64,000 bases of DNA, taken from Ptychomitrium polyphyllum (Eukaryota). Location: contig OZ316775.1 in the NCBI GenBank assembly GCA_973851085.1, forward strand, positions 14,818,001 to 14,882,000, written 5' to 3'. Shown in pieces: positions 38,189 to 49,609 of this stretch (the stretch's first letter is position 1; every line of letters starts with the position of its first letter). Under the pieces are notes generated by a model. The model ran no database searches. It saw only the letters and a program-made list of their open reading frames with translations, and was not told the DNA's origin. The position numbers and the translations under genes were made by a program.

Positions 38189-40955
38189 GCTTCAGCGTCA
38201 ACTAATTTTTCCTGAAAACTGGAGCAAATAGTTCCCAGAATTCTTCGTGTAGTTGTGATGATTTTGCTTTGGTGAGAGTTATGAATAACCTAGTCTGTGA
38301 TATTTGTAGTATATGATAGTTTGATAGTTTGAGTAACCTGGGATGTTCCTGCATTGCCTGAAGCAGAAACTGTATCCTAAGTGCTGCATGTGCAAGAGCG
38401 TGTGGAGCGGAGTGCTCATGGTGGATGTTAGTATCATTCATGTATCTGTTCAGATGTGCATACGATATGCTTACTAACTCATTATATGTACTTGTCAAAT
38501 CTGAAATTTCACAAATCGTGAAATCTTGAAAATTTGTGCCCAGTATTCTATTTTCAAAGAATTTGTCAATTGCTTGGTTGCCATGTGAAAACCAAAATAT
38601 TCTGCTGTTATTAAAATATTAATCAACTGGAAAACTTACAGGTCAAGTCAATATATAGTAGGTTGATTAGTGGTAGTAGGTTGATTAGCAGATGTGTCTA
38701 ATAATAAGCTATAGTAAGCTATAGTAGGAATATAGTGGGATAATAAGATATAGTGGGACTATAGTGGGAAATAGTGAAACAATGCAAAGGTGGCAAAACA
38801 AATTGGTCTTGGAAGATCAATTGGTTTGCAAAATGTGGTGTTTGTAGCAAGATATTAGATCAGTTGTGATTGTGATCTAGAAATTTGTGCACTTGAGAAG
38901 TGGAGGAATGGAGCAAGAGCATGAGTATACATATCTAGCAATCATTTGTTGAACCAACTTCTTAATAACAAACCTTGTAACATACATCCTAACCTTTTGT
39001 TTTTGGCCTACATTACTTGCTTTGTGGATTGGAACTTTGGATCTTGCTTGTGTTGAGCACTTGTACATAATATTACTTGTAGATATTGATAGTAGAATAA
39101 ACTTAAAAACTAGAGGTAAATTTCAATATGGAAGATACCACAACATGTTCGAATTAGCAATTAGGATTGTATACGGATTGCCATCTCCTTTTTAATCTAA
39201 TGTGAAGCCAAAACTATTAGCCAAGACTTTGGTTCTTATTACAAAAGATGCCACATTACTTTCTAAAGTTGCTCTAATTGAAGTGGCCTCTTCAAACAAC
39301 CATCCTATATAGAACTACAGGATTGAATGAATATAAACCTAGTTGATCCACATATGAAGATAAGTAGGATATGAATGCTATACAAGGCTATTTTTTCTTC
39401 ATCTTTGTAAACAAAATAGGAATAAAGAGTGCTCTCTAGCAAAGTCCATTAGTTTTTGAACCACATTGTATCTATTTCCATCCTTGGAGACTACAATTTG
39501 ATCCAAAGTCACCAATTGATATCACAATCTCTATATGGATCTACTTTCTTAGATTAGATGACTGCTACTACCAAGCATTGCGTAAACTTTTTGCTTTTAT
39601 TGATGAAGGAATGTGGTATGGCAAGAGGGAAGACTACCAGCTATATTCATCAATACCAAGAATCTATATATTCATCAAGGATGTCAAAATCCTACCCTCT
39701 ATACTAACCCTACCAATTCTCTTTTGAAAAAAGTTTATTGAGATAGTGTTAGAATATGAAGGCATCCATAATTAGTTGTTAAGGGAGAAAATACTCCTTT
39801 GAATATTTCTTAGCTCGTCGATTACTCCTCACTCAATGACTAGCTAAACGTTTTTTTTTTGAAAATTATACTACAGCTCCAACTTGTAGTCTAAACAAAA
39901 CTACTTTCAAATCAATCCTAAACTATTGATCACAAACTAACACTCTGCTAACTCACTTGGTGGTTTAAAAACAAAGAGAGAGAAGATGCAAAAAAAACTT
40001 GATTGGGATTCAAAAAGCATATACGGAATTTGCTAATTTTGGACTTTAAACTACAAATTGTACTAGAGTGTTAATTACATGTCGCCTTTAAAGAAGGCGC
40101 TGCTTTATCTTAGCAGTTTACTTAATCAATGTACATATGAATACAAAGTTCTAATCCTGTCAATTGTTGATTATTGATGGCTGATTATTGATGGTGGGTT
40201 ACCAAAGACAGATTATCAAGAAGAGATCATTCCTACTGCATATGTTGCTTGGAAGAATTAAATGCTCATTACCCTTGATTGCCAAGTTCTAATTACCAAT
40301 TGTCAAGTATCAATTACCAAGCACTCAGTTTCAAGAGGTTACTATCTTGATGTATTAATTGATAACCAACCTTTAACATTATCTCCTTTGTAGCCAAAGT
40401 ACACTTTGATGTGCTTCTTTTAGTTGGAAGAAAATAAGATGCAAAAGAACAAACAAAAAAAGAATAATATGAATCTAAAGCTAAGGCTCGGTGATGCTTT
40501 ATTCGTTGCAGTGCAACGGCTTAGCAATGCTAGATATGGCTAGGACCTTGAGCTTGGTGTTGGTGGTTGGTAACAAAAGAATTGGGATAGTTGGCAAGGG
40601 TGCAATTTCAACGTTGTCTGCTTTATCATCGAAGAAATTGTCAATATGATATCAATTAAAGAAACATTCAAGTTGGAACTTAATGATGCCAAGAGCATCA
40701 ATTAGATCGTCTACTTGGACAATGAGGTATTGAATGAGGGCTTCATTTTGAGTGTGTTCTATTTGCCAAATGACAACTTGAGTGGTGAGGTGAGCAATTT
40801 GGTAGGTGAGCTTGATCTTGGTTTGCTCCCACTTTGTTTGGTTGGTCCTGTGTTGTTCCATCTGGTGCTTGAATTGAAGATTTTACTTAACTTGGTGGCT
40901 AGATGGTTGTGGAGTTGATGATGAAGGTCGTCCAAATTGGTGCGTTGGATGTTGA

Positions 40956-41346
40956 TGTTATGGACATAATAACTATATGACAAAGCTTCAAGATTCCAAG
41001 ATGTGGAATAAGATATGTCCAAGGTACATAAGAGGTATAGAGCTACAATAAGTTACAAAAGACAAGGCCAAAAGATCTGAACTAGACCACAAGAGATGCG
41101 TTGTCAAGACCGAAGATTTCCTCAGCCTTGACTCCTATATATACTAGAATTACAAGCCGTGGAAGTCTCTCGGAAGCTTAACCTACATTGTTTTGTACTC
41201 AAGCAACCTTGAAATGCTTCCTTGGAAGTTTCTTAAGTCAAGGTAATTTCCTTGGAAGCTTCCTAAGTCGAGGTAATTTCCTTAGAAGCTTCATAAATCT
41301 TTTAAGAAACTTTCTAGATACTTCTAATATATATATATCTGTGATA
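40956..41346 (-). mobile_element. Solo LTR, family B, ~391 bp
   Basis: Homologous to 8341-8744 along its length. Termini are decayed versions of TGTCACGG...CCGTAACA. Flanks GTTGA/GCTGA are a TSD with one C/T difference. Confidence 0.8.
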
Positions 41347-41370
41347 GCTGATGGTCTTATTAGCATCAAT

Positions 41371-41910
41371 TGTTAGAGACACAAGAAAAAAAAAGCAGAA
41401 ACGAAGTGTTTTCCAAGAATTAGCTTCCAAAGACCTAATAATTAACAAGAACTTGATACAAAGACTAGAATAAGGAAAGATTTAAGATGATCTATAACTT
41501 CTGTTGGTAAGACTAAGGAATACCTTGTCTTGCTTCCTATTTATACTATGACGTTTGTATCTCCTAGGATACTTCTAAAGAAGCTTCCTAGAAGACTTAA
41601 GAATGTTCTGGAAGTCTAGGGAACCTTCCTAAGAAGTTTTCTAAGATGTTGGAACCTTTCTAAGAATCTTCCAAGGAGTTGGAACCTTCCTTGGAAGTTT
41701 TCTAAGGTAGTAGAACCTTCTTAGGAAGTTACCTAAGATGATAGAGCCTTCTTAGGAAGTTTTCTAAAGTGAAGGAACTTTCCTAAAAAGCTTCCTAAGA
41801 ACATGGAAAAACTATGGAGATATTTGAAAGTATTATAAGAAGCTACTATAATATACCAGAAGGTTCTAGAATGTTCTAAGGACTATGTTGCATGATTTAT
41901 ATCTGTAACA
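41371..41910 (-). mobile_element. Solo LTR, family A (same family as the full-length element), ~540 bp
   Basis: Reverse-complement homolog of 44034-44739. Flanks TCAAT/TCAGC are a probable TSD with two transitions. Confidence 0.88.
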
Positions 41911-42684
41911 TCAGCCACTTGCTTTTGGATGTACACTAACTCCTCCGCTTGTTGATCAGTTTTGAAGGAGATAGCCAATTTGAATTGATGGCTTAGCCAA
42001 AAGAGCCCTTAATGGACAAATCAGTTGGTCGTACAAACTTCAACAAAAATTACTAAAGATAAGAAGAATAAGAAGTGCAAAAATGAGAAAAATTGGAAGT
42101 GGTGCAATTAAGAGACTTGGAGCAAAGTTGGAAGCCAATGCTGTGTTGGTCACTGATGGAATGCGTTATTTGTTGGTTGATTAAGGAAGAATTTGAGGAT
42201 GTGGGCTTTGGCATTTTGCAAAGCGTGTAATAAAAGCCATAAACATGTAACTTTGCCAACAAAACAATTGACTCGTGTATAGGAGATAATTGAGAGTCGC
42301 AAATAAATGAACTATTGACCGGGTGACCTTGCCGTTGCTTGAATTAAATAGAGTGATTAAGTGCGTATTTGTGAGGTTGATAAAGAGCTAAATTAATCTT
42401 ATCAATGGCCTAGCCATCTTGTCCATGTTTAGAAGTAATTTTTCTACCTGCAATGGCCGCAATGAGAGTGGAGCCAATAAACTAGTGTTTTTTGAAGACA
42501 TTGGTAAAGGTATTAGGCTATAAGTGAAGGACTTTAGTAAGACCTGCCAAAGTGATGGTAATCACTTGGCATTGCAGTATACTCAAGGTTGTCAAATCCG
42601 ACATTTGTCATGATTGTTATGATTGTCACAACAACTGGTTTGTTAGATTTCTTTGTAAAGTCAAACATAACGTTGATCAAACAA

Positions 42685-43255
42685 TGTCACAGACATAGGT
42701 CATGCAACACAGTCCTCGGAATATTCTAGAACCTTCTAGTATACTATAATAGCTTCTTAGAATACTTTTAAATGTCTCCATAACCTTTCCATGTTCTTAG
42801 GAAGCTTCCTAAGAAAGTTCTTCTACCTTAGGAAATTTCCTAGGAAGGCTCCATCATCTTAGGTAACTTCTTAAGAAACTTCCTACAAAGATTCCATCAT
42901 CTTAGGTAACTTCCTAGGAAGGTTCTACTTCTTTAGGAAACTTCCAAGGAAGATTCCAATTCCTTGGAAGATTTTTAGAAAGGTTCCAACATCTTAGGAA
43001 GGTTCTCTAGACTTCCAGAACATTCTTAAGTCTTCTAGGAAGCTTCTTTAGAAGTATCCTAGGAAATACAAACGTCATAATATAAATAGGAGGCAAGACA
43101 AGGTATTCTTTAGTCTTGCCAACACAAATTGTAGATCATCTTAAATCTTGCCTTATTCTAGTTTTTGTATCAAGTTTTTGTTAATTATTAGGTCTTTGGA
43201 AGCTAATTCTTGGGAAACACTTTGTTTCTGCTTTCTGTTTTTTGTGTCCCTAACA
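42685..43255 (+). mobile_element. Solo LTR, family A, 571 bp
   Basis: TGTCAC...CCCTAACA termini, a perfect 5-bp TSD (AACAA on both sides) and homology to 44034-44739. Confidence 0.95.
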
Positions 43256-44033
43256 AACAAAGATAAATGAGATTTTACCTTGTTCATGTAGTTTGAATAG
43301 TAGATCATTTAGTAACATGCTATATTCAAGCAACCCCAGCTTTGAACTAGATTGCAACTTGCAACTAAGGGAGCTACAAATTGACAACTAGATGTATGCA
43401 ACCATAAGAAATTGAAGACAACATTCACCGATTGTTACATTTGGCTAGTTGATTGAGTTGTGTGGAATTTGCAATTCTTTCTCTGTAGTAACTAGGGCTG
43501 TGCAACTCTTTGTCTGCAGCTATTGCGAGTCTTAATTAACTACATATATGTGACTTCAGGTTTGCAACAATCACTTGTGTATAATTGTAAATTTGCAACT
43601 ACAAGTCTATAACAATTGCAAATGTGTGACACAAATCTGCAGAAATTGTGGATGTATGTTATGGTTCTATAGCAACTTTGAGCACTCAATCACATATGCT
43701 TATCTTCTTCTATGGGCCTGCTTAGTGACCACTTCCATCTGCAACTTCCACTTGTGGTCGCCAAGTGCAATTGCCCATCTATAATTGCCCAAAACACGTG
43801 GTCACTCAAGACCTATAGTTGCTTCAAATCCATAGTTACCTGGCATCTACAGCCACCAAGGCCCCGCAATTGCCGGAACTTGCAATTGCTTAGGACCTGC
43901 AATTGGATGGCATTTGTAGTGGCCCGGGACCTATAGTTTCTTGGGGCCTATAAGTGCCCAAAACCTATAGTCGCTCAAAATCCTCAATTGCTTATTGCAA
44001 GAGACTCCTTGCAAATTGCTCTTCTTCCCTTAT

Positions 44034-44739
44034 TGTCACGGACATAAATCATGCAACATAGTCTTTAAAACATTCTAGAACCTTCTAGTATACTATAATA
44101 GCTTCTTAGAATACTTTTAGATGCCTCCATAGCCTTTTTATGTTTTTAAGAAGCTTCCTAGGAAAGTTCCTCCACCTTAGAAAACTTCCTAGGAAGGTTC
44201 TATCATCTTAGGTTACTTCCTAAGAAACTTCCTAAGAAGATTCCATTACCATAGGAAACTTCCTAGGAAGGTTCCATTACCTTAGGAAACTTCCTAGGAA
44301 GGTTCCATTACCTTAGGAAACTTCCTAGGAAGATTCTACCTCTTTAGGAAACTTCCTAAGAAGGTTCCGCTACCTTAGGAAACTTCTGAGGAAGTTTCCA
44401 ACTCCTTGGAAGCTTCCAAAGAAGGTTCCAATTCCTTGGAAGCTACTTAGGAAGGTTCCAACATCTTAGGAAACTTCTTGGGAAGGTTCCTTAGACTTCC
44501 AAAACATTCTTAAGCCTTGTAGGAAGCTTCTTTAGAAGTATCCTAGGAGATACAAACGTCCTAGTATAAATAGGAGGCAAGACAAGGTATTACTTAGTTT
44601 TGCCAACACAAGTTGTGGATCATCTTGAATCCTGCCTTGTTCTAGTCTTTGTATCAAGTTTTTGTTAATCATTAGCTCTTTGGAAGCTAATTCTTGGGAA
44701 ACACTTCGTTTCCGCTTTTTGTTTCTTGTGTCCGTAACA
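44034..44739 (+). repeat. 5' LTR (706 bp): U3 with ~31-bp tandem repeats, TATAAATA at 44565-44572
   Basis: TGTCACGG...CCGTAACA termini; direct repeat of 50124-50829. Confidence 0.97.
44072..44086. promoter_or_regulatory. Heat-shock element (aTTCt aGAAc cTTCt) in U3
   Basis: Three perfect alternating nGAAn pentamers. Four-unit versions occur in the solo LTRs at 42718-42737 and 41858-41877. Confidence 0.6.
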
Positions 44740-44741
44740 GT

Positions 44742-44752
44742 TTGGCAAGACT
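44742..44752 (+). other. Primer-binding site TTGGCAAGACT, complementary to the element's own R-region 5' end (self-priming)
   Basis: Reverse complement of AGT(C/T)TTGCCAA at 44596-44606, which starts 31 nt after the TATA box. Confidence 0.8.
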
Positions 44753-44975
44753 GCACTTCATCTTTGTCAGAGCTAAGGTTCTTTGAAGAAGATTGTGGAT
44801 TACCCATCTTCTTGAGGATTCCATAGCGTTTTAGAGGTTGCGGATTACCCTCCTCTAAGCTGGCACCATAGAGTTGGTTTCTTCTTCTAGAACTAAGTAT
44901 TATTTCTTTCAAAGGACGTGGATTTTCCCCATTTGAAAGTACTCATAGTCTTGTTGACTTTGAGAGTCTTAAAAA

Positions 44976-45995
44976 ATGGATACCGTGCGTGGAACATCAG
45001 AGAATAGGTTTGCAACTATTGCAGACCTTCAAGAATTATTAAACACAGTTCGAACGGAACTCGCTCGTTTTAATACCACCAACAATTTGGAGCAACACAC
45101 TCGACAAGCTGAAGAATCCAATGGTGATATTTAAAGCTTATATCAAGAGGTTGTTCGATTGCAAGAGGCCAATATTGGAAGAAAAGGCTTACGTCAAACC
45201 CATGCAGAGCCAAAGATTAGCATGCCAAACAAATTCGATGGATCAAGATCAAAATTGAGAGGCTTTGTTCAACAAGTAAGGCTCTTCCTTAATTTGCATC
45301 AATCTCGCTATCCTGATGGCACAACTCAAGTGGGATTTGTGGCCACTCTTTTATCAAACAATGCACTATCGTGGTTTGCACCACTAATGGAGAAACAGTC
45401 ACCATTATTGAACAACTTAGATGCTTTCATAGAAGCATTAACATATACTTTTGGAGACACCGACCAAAAGAGGGTGGCTCAGACAAGGATCTAGAGTCTC
45501 CAACAAGGACAGCACTCAACTGCTATATATACTGCAGAGTTTCGACAATCAACTTGCGATCTTGATTGGAATGATAAGGCCTTGGTCACACGGTTTTGAT
45601 GGAGCTTAAGAGAGAATGTAAAGGACTTGCTACTCACAATGCCAAGAGTTGAAACATTGGACGAATTCATTACTCAAGCAATAGCATGTGACAATAGACT
45701 ATTTGAGAGGCGCTAAGAACAACGCTTGGGATGGCGACCAGTACATCAAAGCATGGCTACCACTTCTTCAAGAGTATCAAAAAGTTGACCACAAGGACCA
45801 GAACCTATACAAATTGATGCTGCCCAATTCAGACGTTTGACTCTAAAAGAAAAAGAAAGGCGTTGAAGTGAAAACCTATGTTTATATTGTGGCAAGTCTA
45901 GACATAAAGTGCACAATTGCCAAATCAAAGGATCTACCTCTAAGGCTCAGAGCACAATGGTGGAGTTGGAAAACGAGGTTGTCCAGTCACAGTAA
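44976..45995 (+). pseudogene. gag: gag (retrotransposon gag domain plus CCHC zinc knuckle), several premature stops
   Basis: EPKISMPNKFDGSRSKLRGFVQQ, ALSWF, YTAEFR, GPEPIQIDA and LCLYCGKSRHKVHNC are in one frame from ATG 44976. Internal TAA/TAG/TGA codons are each explicable as a single C>T from CAA/CAG/CGA. Confidence 0.92.
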
Positions 45996-48900
45996 GGACC
46001 ATGCGACTGGACACCACAACAAAACGACCATCAAATTAAGGTCTCTTACTACCTTCAAGCCCTGTTTCTTGTTTTACATTTCCTATCAAAATTAAATTGT
46101 TAGATGATGAAATAATTAGTGAGGCTCTTTTAGACACTGGTGCAACGACATGTTTTATGAACAAGGATTTTGCAACCAAACATCATATGGTGCTTGTGAA
46201 GAAAAAATATCCCGTACCTGTTGAAGTTATTGATGGACAATCTCTTGCGTCTAGCAACGTTATTGAAGAAACTCAACCCTTGGAAGTTGTTTTAGGAGAC
46301 CAGGCATCTAAGATTGTCTTCAACATCATTCAATGCCGAACGAATCTTATTGTTTTGGGCCTTCCTTGGTTTGAATTACATAATCCAGATATTGACTGGC
46401 GCTCACGGAGTGTGGTCTCAAGGAAAAGACGTCAAGATACGAGAAATCTTGGGCCATTATTATTGGAGCTAAGGCATTTATGAGAGCGGCAAAGGATGAA
46501 CCAATGTATGCCGTTTATGCCATGCCAATGTCTAGCTCAACAATAGAGACTAATCAAAACATACCTCGTTAATATCAAGATTATAAAGACGTTTTTGAAA
46601 AGAAGAATGCGGACATGTTACCAAAGCATCGGCCTTATGATTGTACCATTGAATTGCAAGAAGGAGCTCAACCACCTTTTGGACCTATTTATAACTTATC
46701 ACAAACTGAGTTGGCTGCCTTGAGAGATTATATTGATGAAAACCTTGGAAAGAATTTCATTCAACACTCTAAATCACCAGCTGGGGCACCCATTCTATTT
46801 GTAAAGAAGAAAGATGGATCATTACGTATGTACGTGGACTATCGAGGCCTCAACAAAGTAACAAAGAAGAATCGCTATCCATTACCATTAATCTCAGGAC
46901 TCCTACAACAACTTGGCCAAGCAAAGATATTCACCAAAATTGATCTTAGAGAAGCTTACAATCTTGTACGCATCAAAGAAGGAGACAAATGGAAGACAGC
47001 TTTTCGATCTAGGTATGGTCATTTTGAATACAATATCATGCCTTTTGGCCTTACAAATGCTCCCGCGGTCTTCCAACATATGATGAATGATATCTTCCAT
47101 GAACATTTGGATGATTTTATAGTCATCTACTTAGATGACATTCTGATATATTCAAAGGATGAACAAGACCACGAAGGTCATGTGCGACTGGTCTTAGAAA
47201 AACTACGCCAGCGAGGATTATATGCCAAATTGGAGAAGTGCCTTTTCCATGAATCCTCGGTTGAAATTTTAGGCTACATCATTTCCAAAAGAGGAATCCA
47301 TATGGATAAGAAGAAAATAAGCACTGTCATGGAGTGGAGTACGCCAAGATCAATTCGAGATGTTCAGTGTTTCTTGGGATTTGCAAATTTCTACAGGATA
47401 TTCATCAAAAATTATTCCAAAATTGCGGCACTATTAACACGTCTTACGGAGAAGCAAAAATTCATTTGGGATGAAGAGGCGGAAAAAGCATTTCAAAGTC
47501 TTAAGAAGTCATTCACGTCGGCTCCAATTCTTATTCATCCAAATCCATCAAAGCCTTCCTATTTGGAAGCAGATGCCTCAGATTTTGCGCTTGGCTCAGT
47601 ACTCTCTCAATATGATAAAGACGGAAGACTGCACCCTCTTGCCTTTCGTTCAAGGAAGTTCTCAGCGGCAGAAATCAACTATGATATACATGATAAAGAA
47701 CTACTTGCAATTGTGGATGCATTTGAAGAATGGCAACACTTATTGGAAGGAACTCAACATACCATCACGATATACACAGACCACAAGAACTTGGAATATT
47801 TCATGAGTGCACGTGTTTTAAATTGCCGTTAAGCAAGGTGGAGTATGTCGCTTTCTAAATTTGACTTTGTCATTATCTATTGATCTAGTAGCTTGCAAGG
47901 TAAGCTAAATGCTTTATCTCGAAGATCTTATTTAGCTCCTCAATTTGGAGATGATGTTTTGAATCAACAAAGGACTATCTTATTGAAATCAAAGAATCTT
48001 CAATTGAAAGAAACAATTATAATGACAATATCCCATCTTGACGAAATTCGGAAGGCTTTGAAGAATGACGTCTTTGTTTCAAATATAAAGAAGCGCTTCA
48101 AAGACAATGGAGGCCCTTCAAATAGCGAATAGAACTTTGAATTCTAAGAGGGCCTACTTTATTATAAAGGACTTTTGTACCTACCTCCAGGCCCTTTGCG
48201 GTTAAAGATCCTTCAAGCACGTCATGATTTTCCAGCAGCAGGACATTATGGATTCAATAAAACAATGGAATTGATTGCAAGAAACTATTGGTGGCCACAA
48301 ATGTGGAAGTACATGAAGGACTTTATTTGATCATGCGACACTTGTGCAAGAGCCAAGGTACCAAGGCACCAACCTCATGATCTCTTCCATCCGCTCCTAG
48401 TGCCAAAAGGCCCATGGTTGTCTTTATCAATGGATTTTATCACGGACCTTCCAAATTCCGATTCTAAAGATTCTATTTTGGTAGTGGTGGATCAATTTAC
48501 CAAAATGGCACATTTCATTCCATGCAAAAAGACGGTAACTAGAGAAGAAACTGCCAAGTTGTTCCTAAATCATGTCTACCGCATACTTGGACTACCAGAT
48601 GATATTGTATCCAATCGGGGGCCGCAATTCATTTCCAATTTTTGGAAGGCTCTATTCTAGCTGTTGCGTGTAAAGATCAATCTTTCTTCAGCATACCATC
48701 TGCAAACTGATGGCCAAACGGAACGTGTAAATCAAATTTTGGAGCAGTACCTTCGTTGTAGCATGAACTACCAGCAAGACAACTGGATGGACCTCTTGCC
48801 TTTGCTTACGACAATACGGTGCATTCTTCAACAACTCAAAGTCCATTCTTTGCAAACTATGGACATCATCCTTGAGCAGATCCATTTCAAGTGAAGCATG

Positions 48901-49469
48901 TTGGAAGTCCTGTAGCAGAGGATTTTGCAATTCAACTTGCTAAAATCCATCAAGAAATTACCTTCCAGTTACAACAAACTCAAGATCGTTACAAAACTTA
49001 TGCAGATCGCCATCGGAAGGACCATCCAAAGTTCAAGGTTGGAGATAGCGTATGGCTCCTACGACGAAATATACAGACAAAAAGATCATCAAAGAAGTTG
49101 GACTATCAAAGGCTTGGACCGTTTGAAATCAGCAAACAAATAAATCTGGTTAATTATTGCCTAAAGCTACCACCAAGCATGCAAATTCATCTAGTATTCC
49201 ACGTATTGTTGTTGGAAACCTATAACAAATCATGTATACCAGAGAGAATTGTCCCTCCGCTTCCTCCGCTGGAAATCAATAATAAAATTGAATATGAAGT
49301 GGAAGAGATCTTAGATTCACGCATCAAAAACGGACGTATGGAGTACCTTATACATTGGCAAAGATATGGCATCAATGACCGAACATGGGAACCTTCAACG
49401 AATGTAACAAATGCATCCGAGAAGGTACTCAAATTTCATCAAAGATATCCTCAGAAACCAGGTCAATGA
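45968..49469 (+). pseudogene. pol: pol (protease, RT, RNase H, integrase, chromodomain), begins in the -1 frame relative to gag; stops and two frameshifts (~46455, ~48805)
   Basis: [88 protein letters not shown] motif; chromodomain EYEVEEILDSR..EYLIHWQRYG..DRTWEP. Confidence 0.95.
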
Positions 49470-49609
49470 TGATGTGTCATCAACAGCCGTTAGCTTCACA
49501 GAGAAGTTTTTCCTTCGTAGACAAGTATAAGAAGGGAAGAGAGATATTCAAACCTCCAATTGTATGCAGCATTATTTCCAAGATAGATCATTTCTAGATC
49601 CTAGCCAGT

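Larger units (their letters stand above)
38600..42684 (-). mobile_element. Old, decayed LTR-retrotransposon-derived sequence that hosts the younger solo LTRs
   Basis: The region is AT-rich and broken by stops. On the minus strand a purine tract (AAAGGAGATAA) precedes TGTTAAAGG at 40378, suggesting an old PPT/LTR junction. Short tandem motifs occur at 38650-38780. Boundaries are uncertain. Confidence 0.35.

Noticed and set aside
43300..44030. Segment rich in TGCAACT/GCAATTGC and CCTATAGT motifs
   Set aside because: It looks repeat-derived, but no consistent unit length or termini could be defined.
44150..44500. Palindromic ~31-bp repeats resembling a CRISPR array
   Set aside because: The units are contiguous with no unique spacers, lie within LTR U3 in a eukaryote, and have no cas genes nearby.
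44532..44912. Minus-strand ORFs at 44532-44912 and 50622-50885 sharing a peptide
   Set aside because: The shared peptide simply reflects LTR identity; the frame is broken in the solo LTRs.
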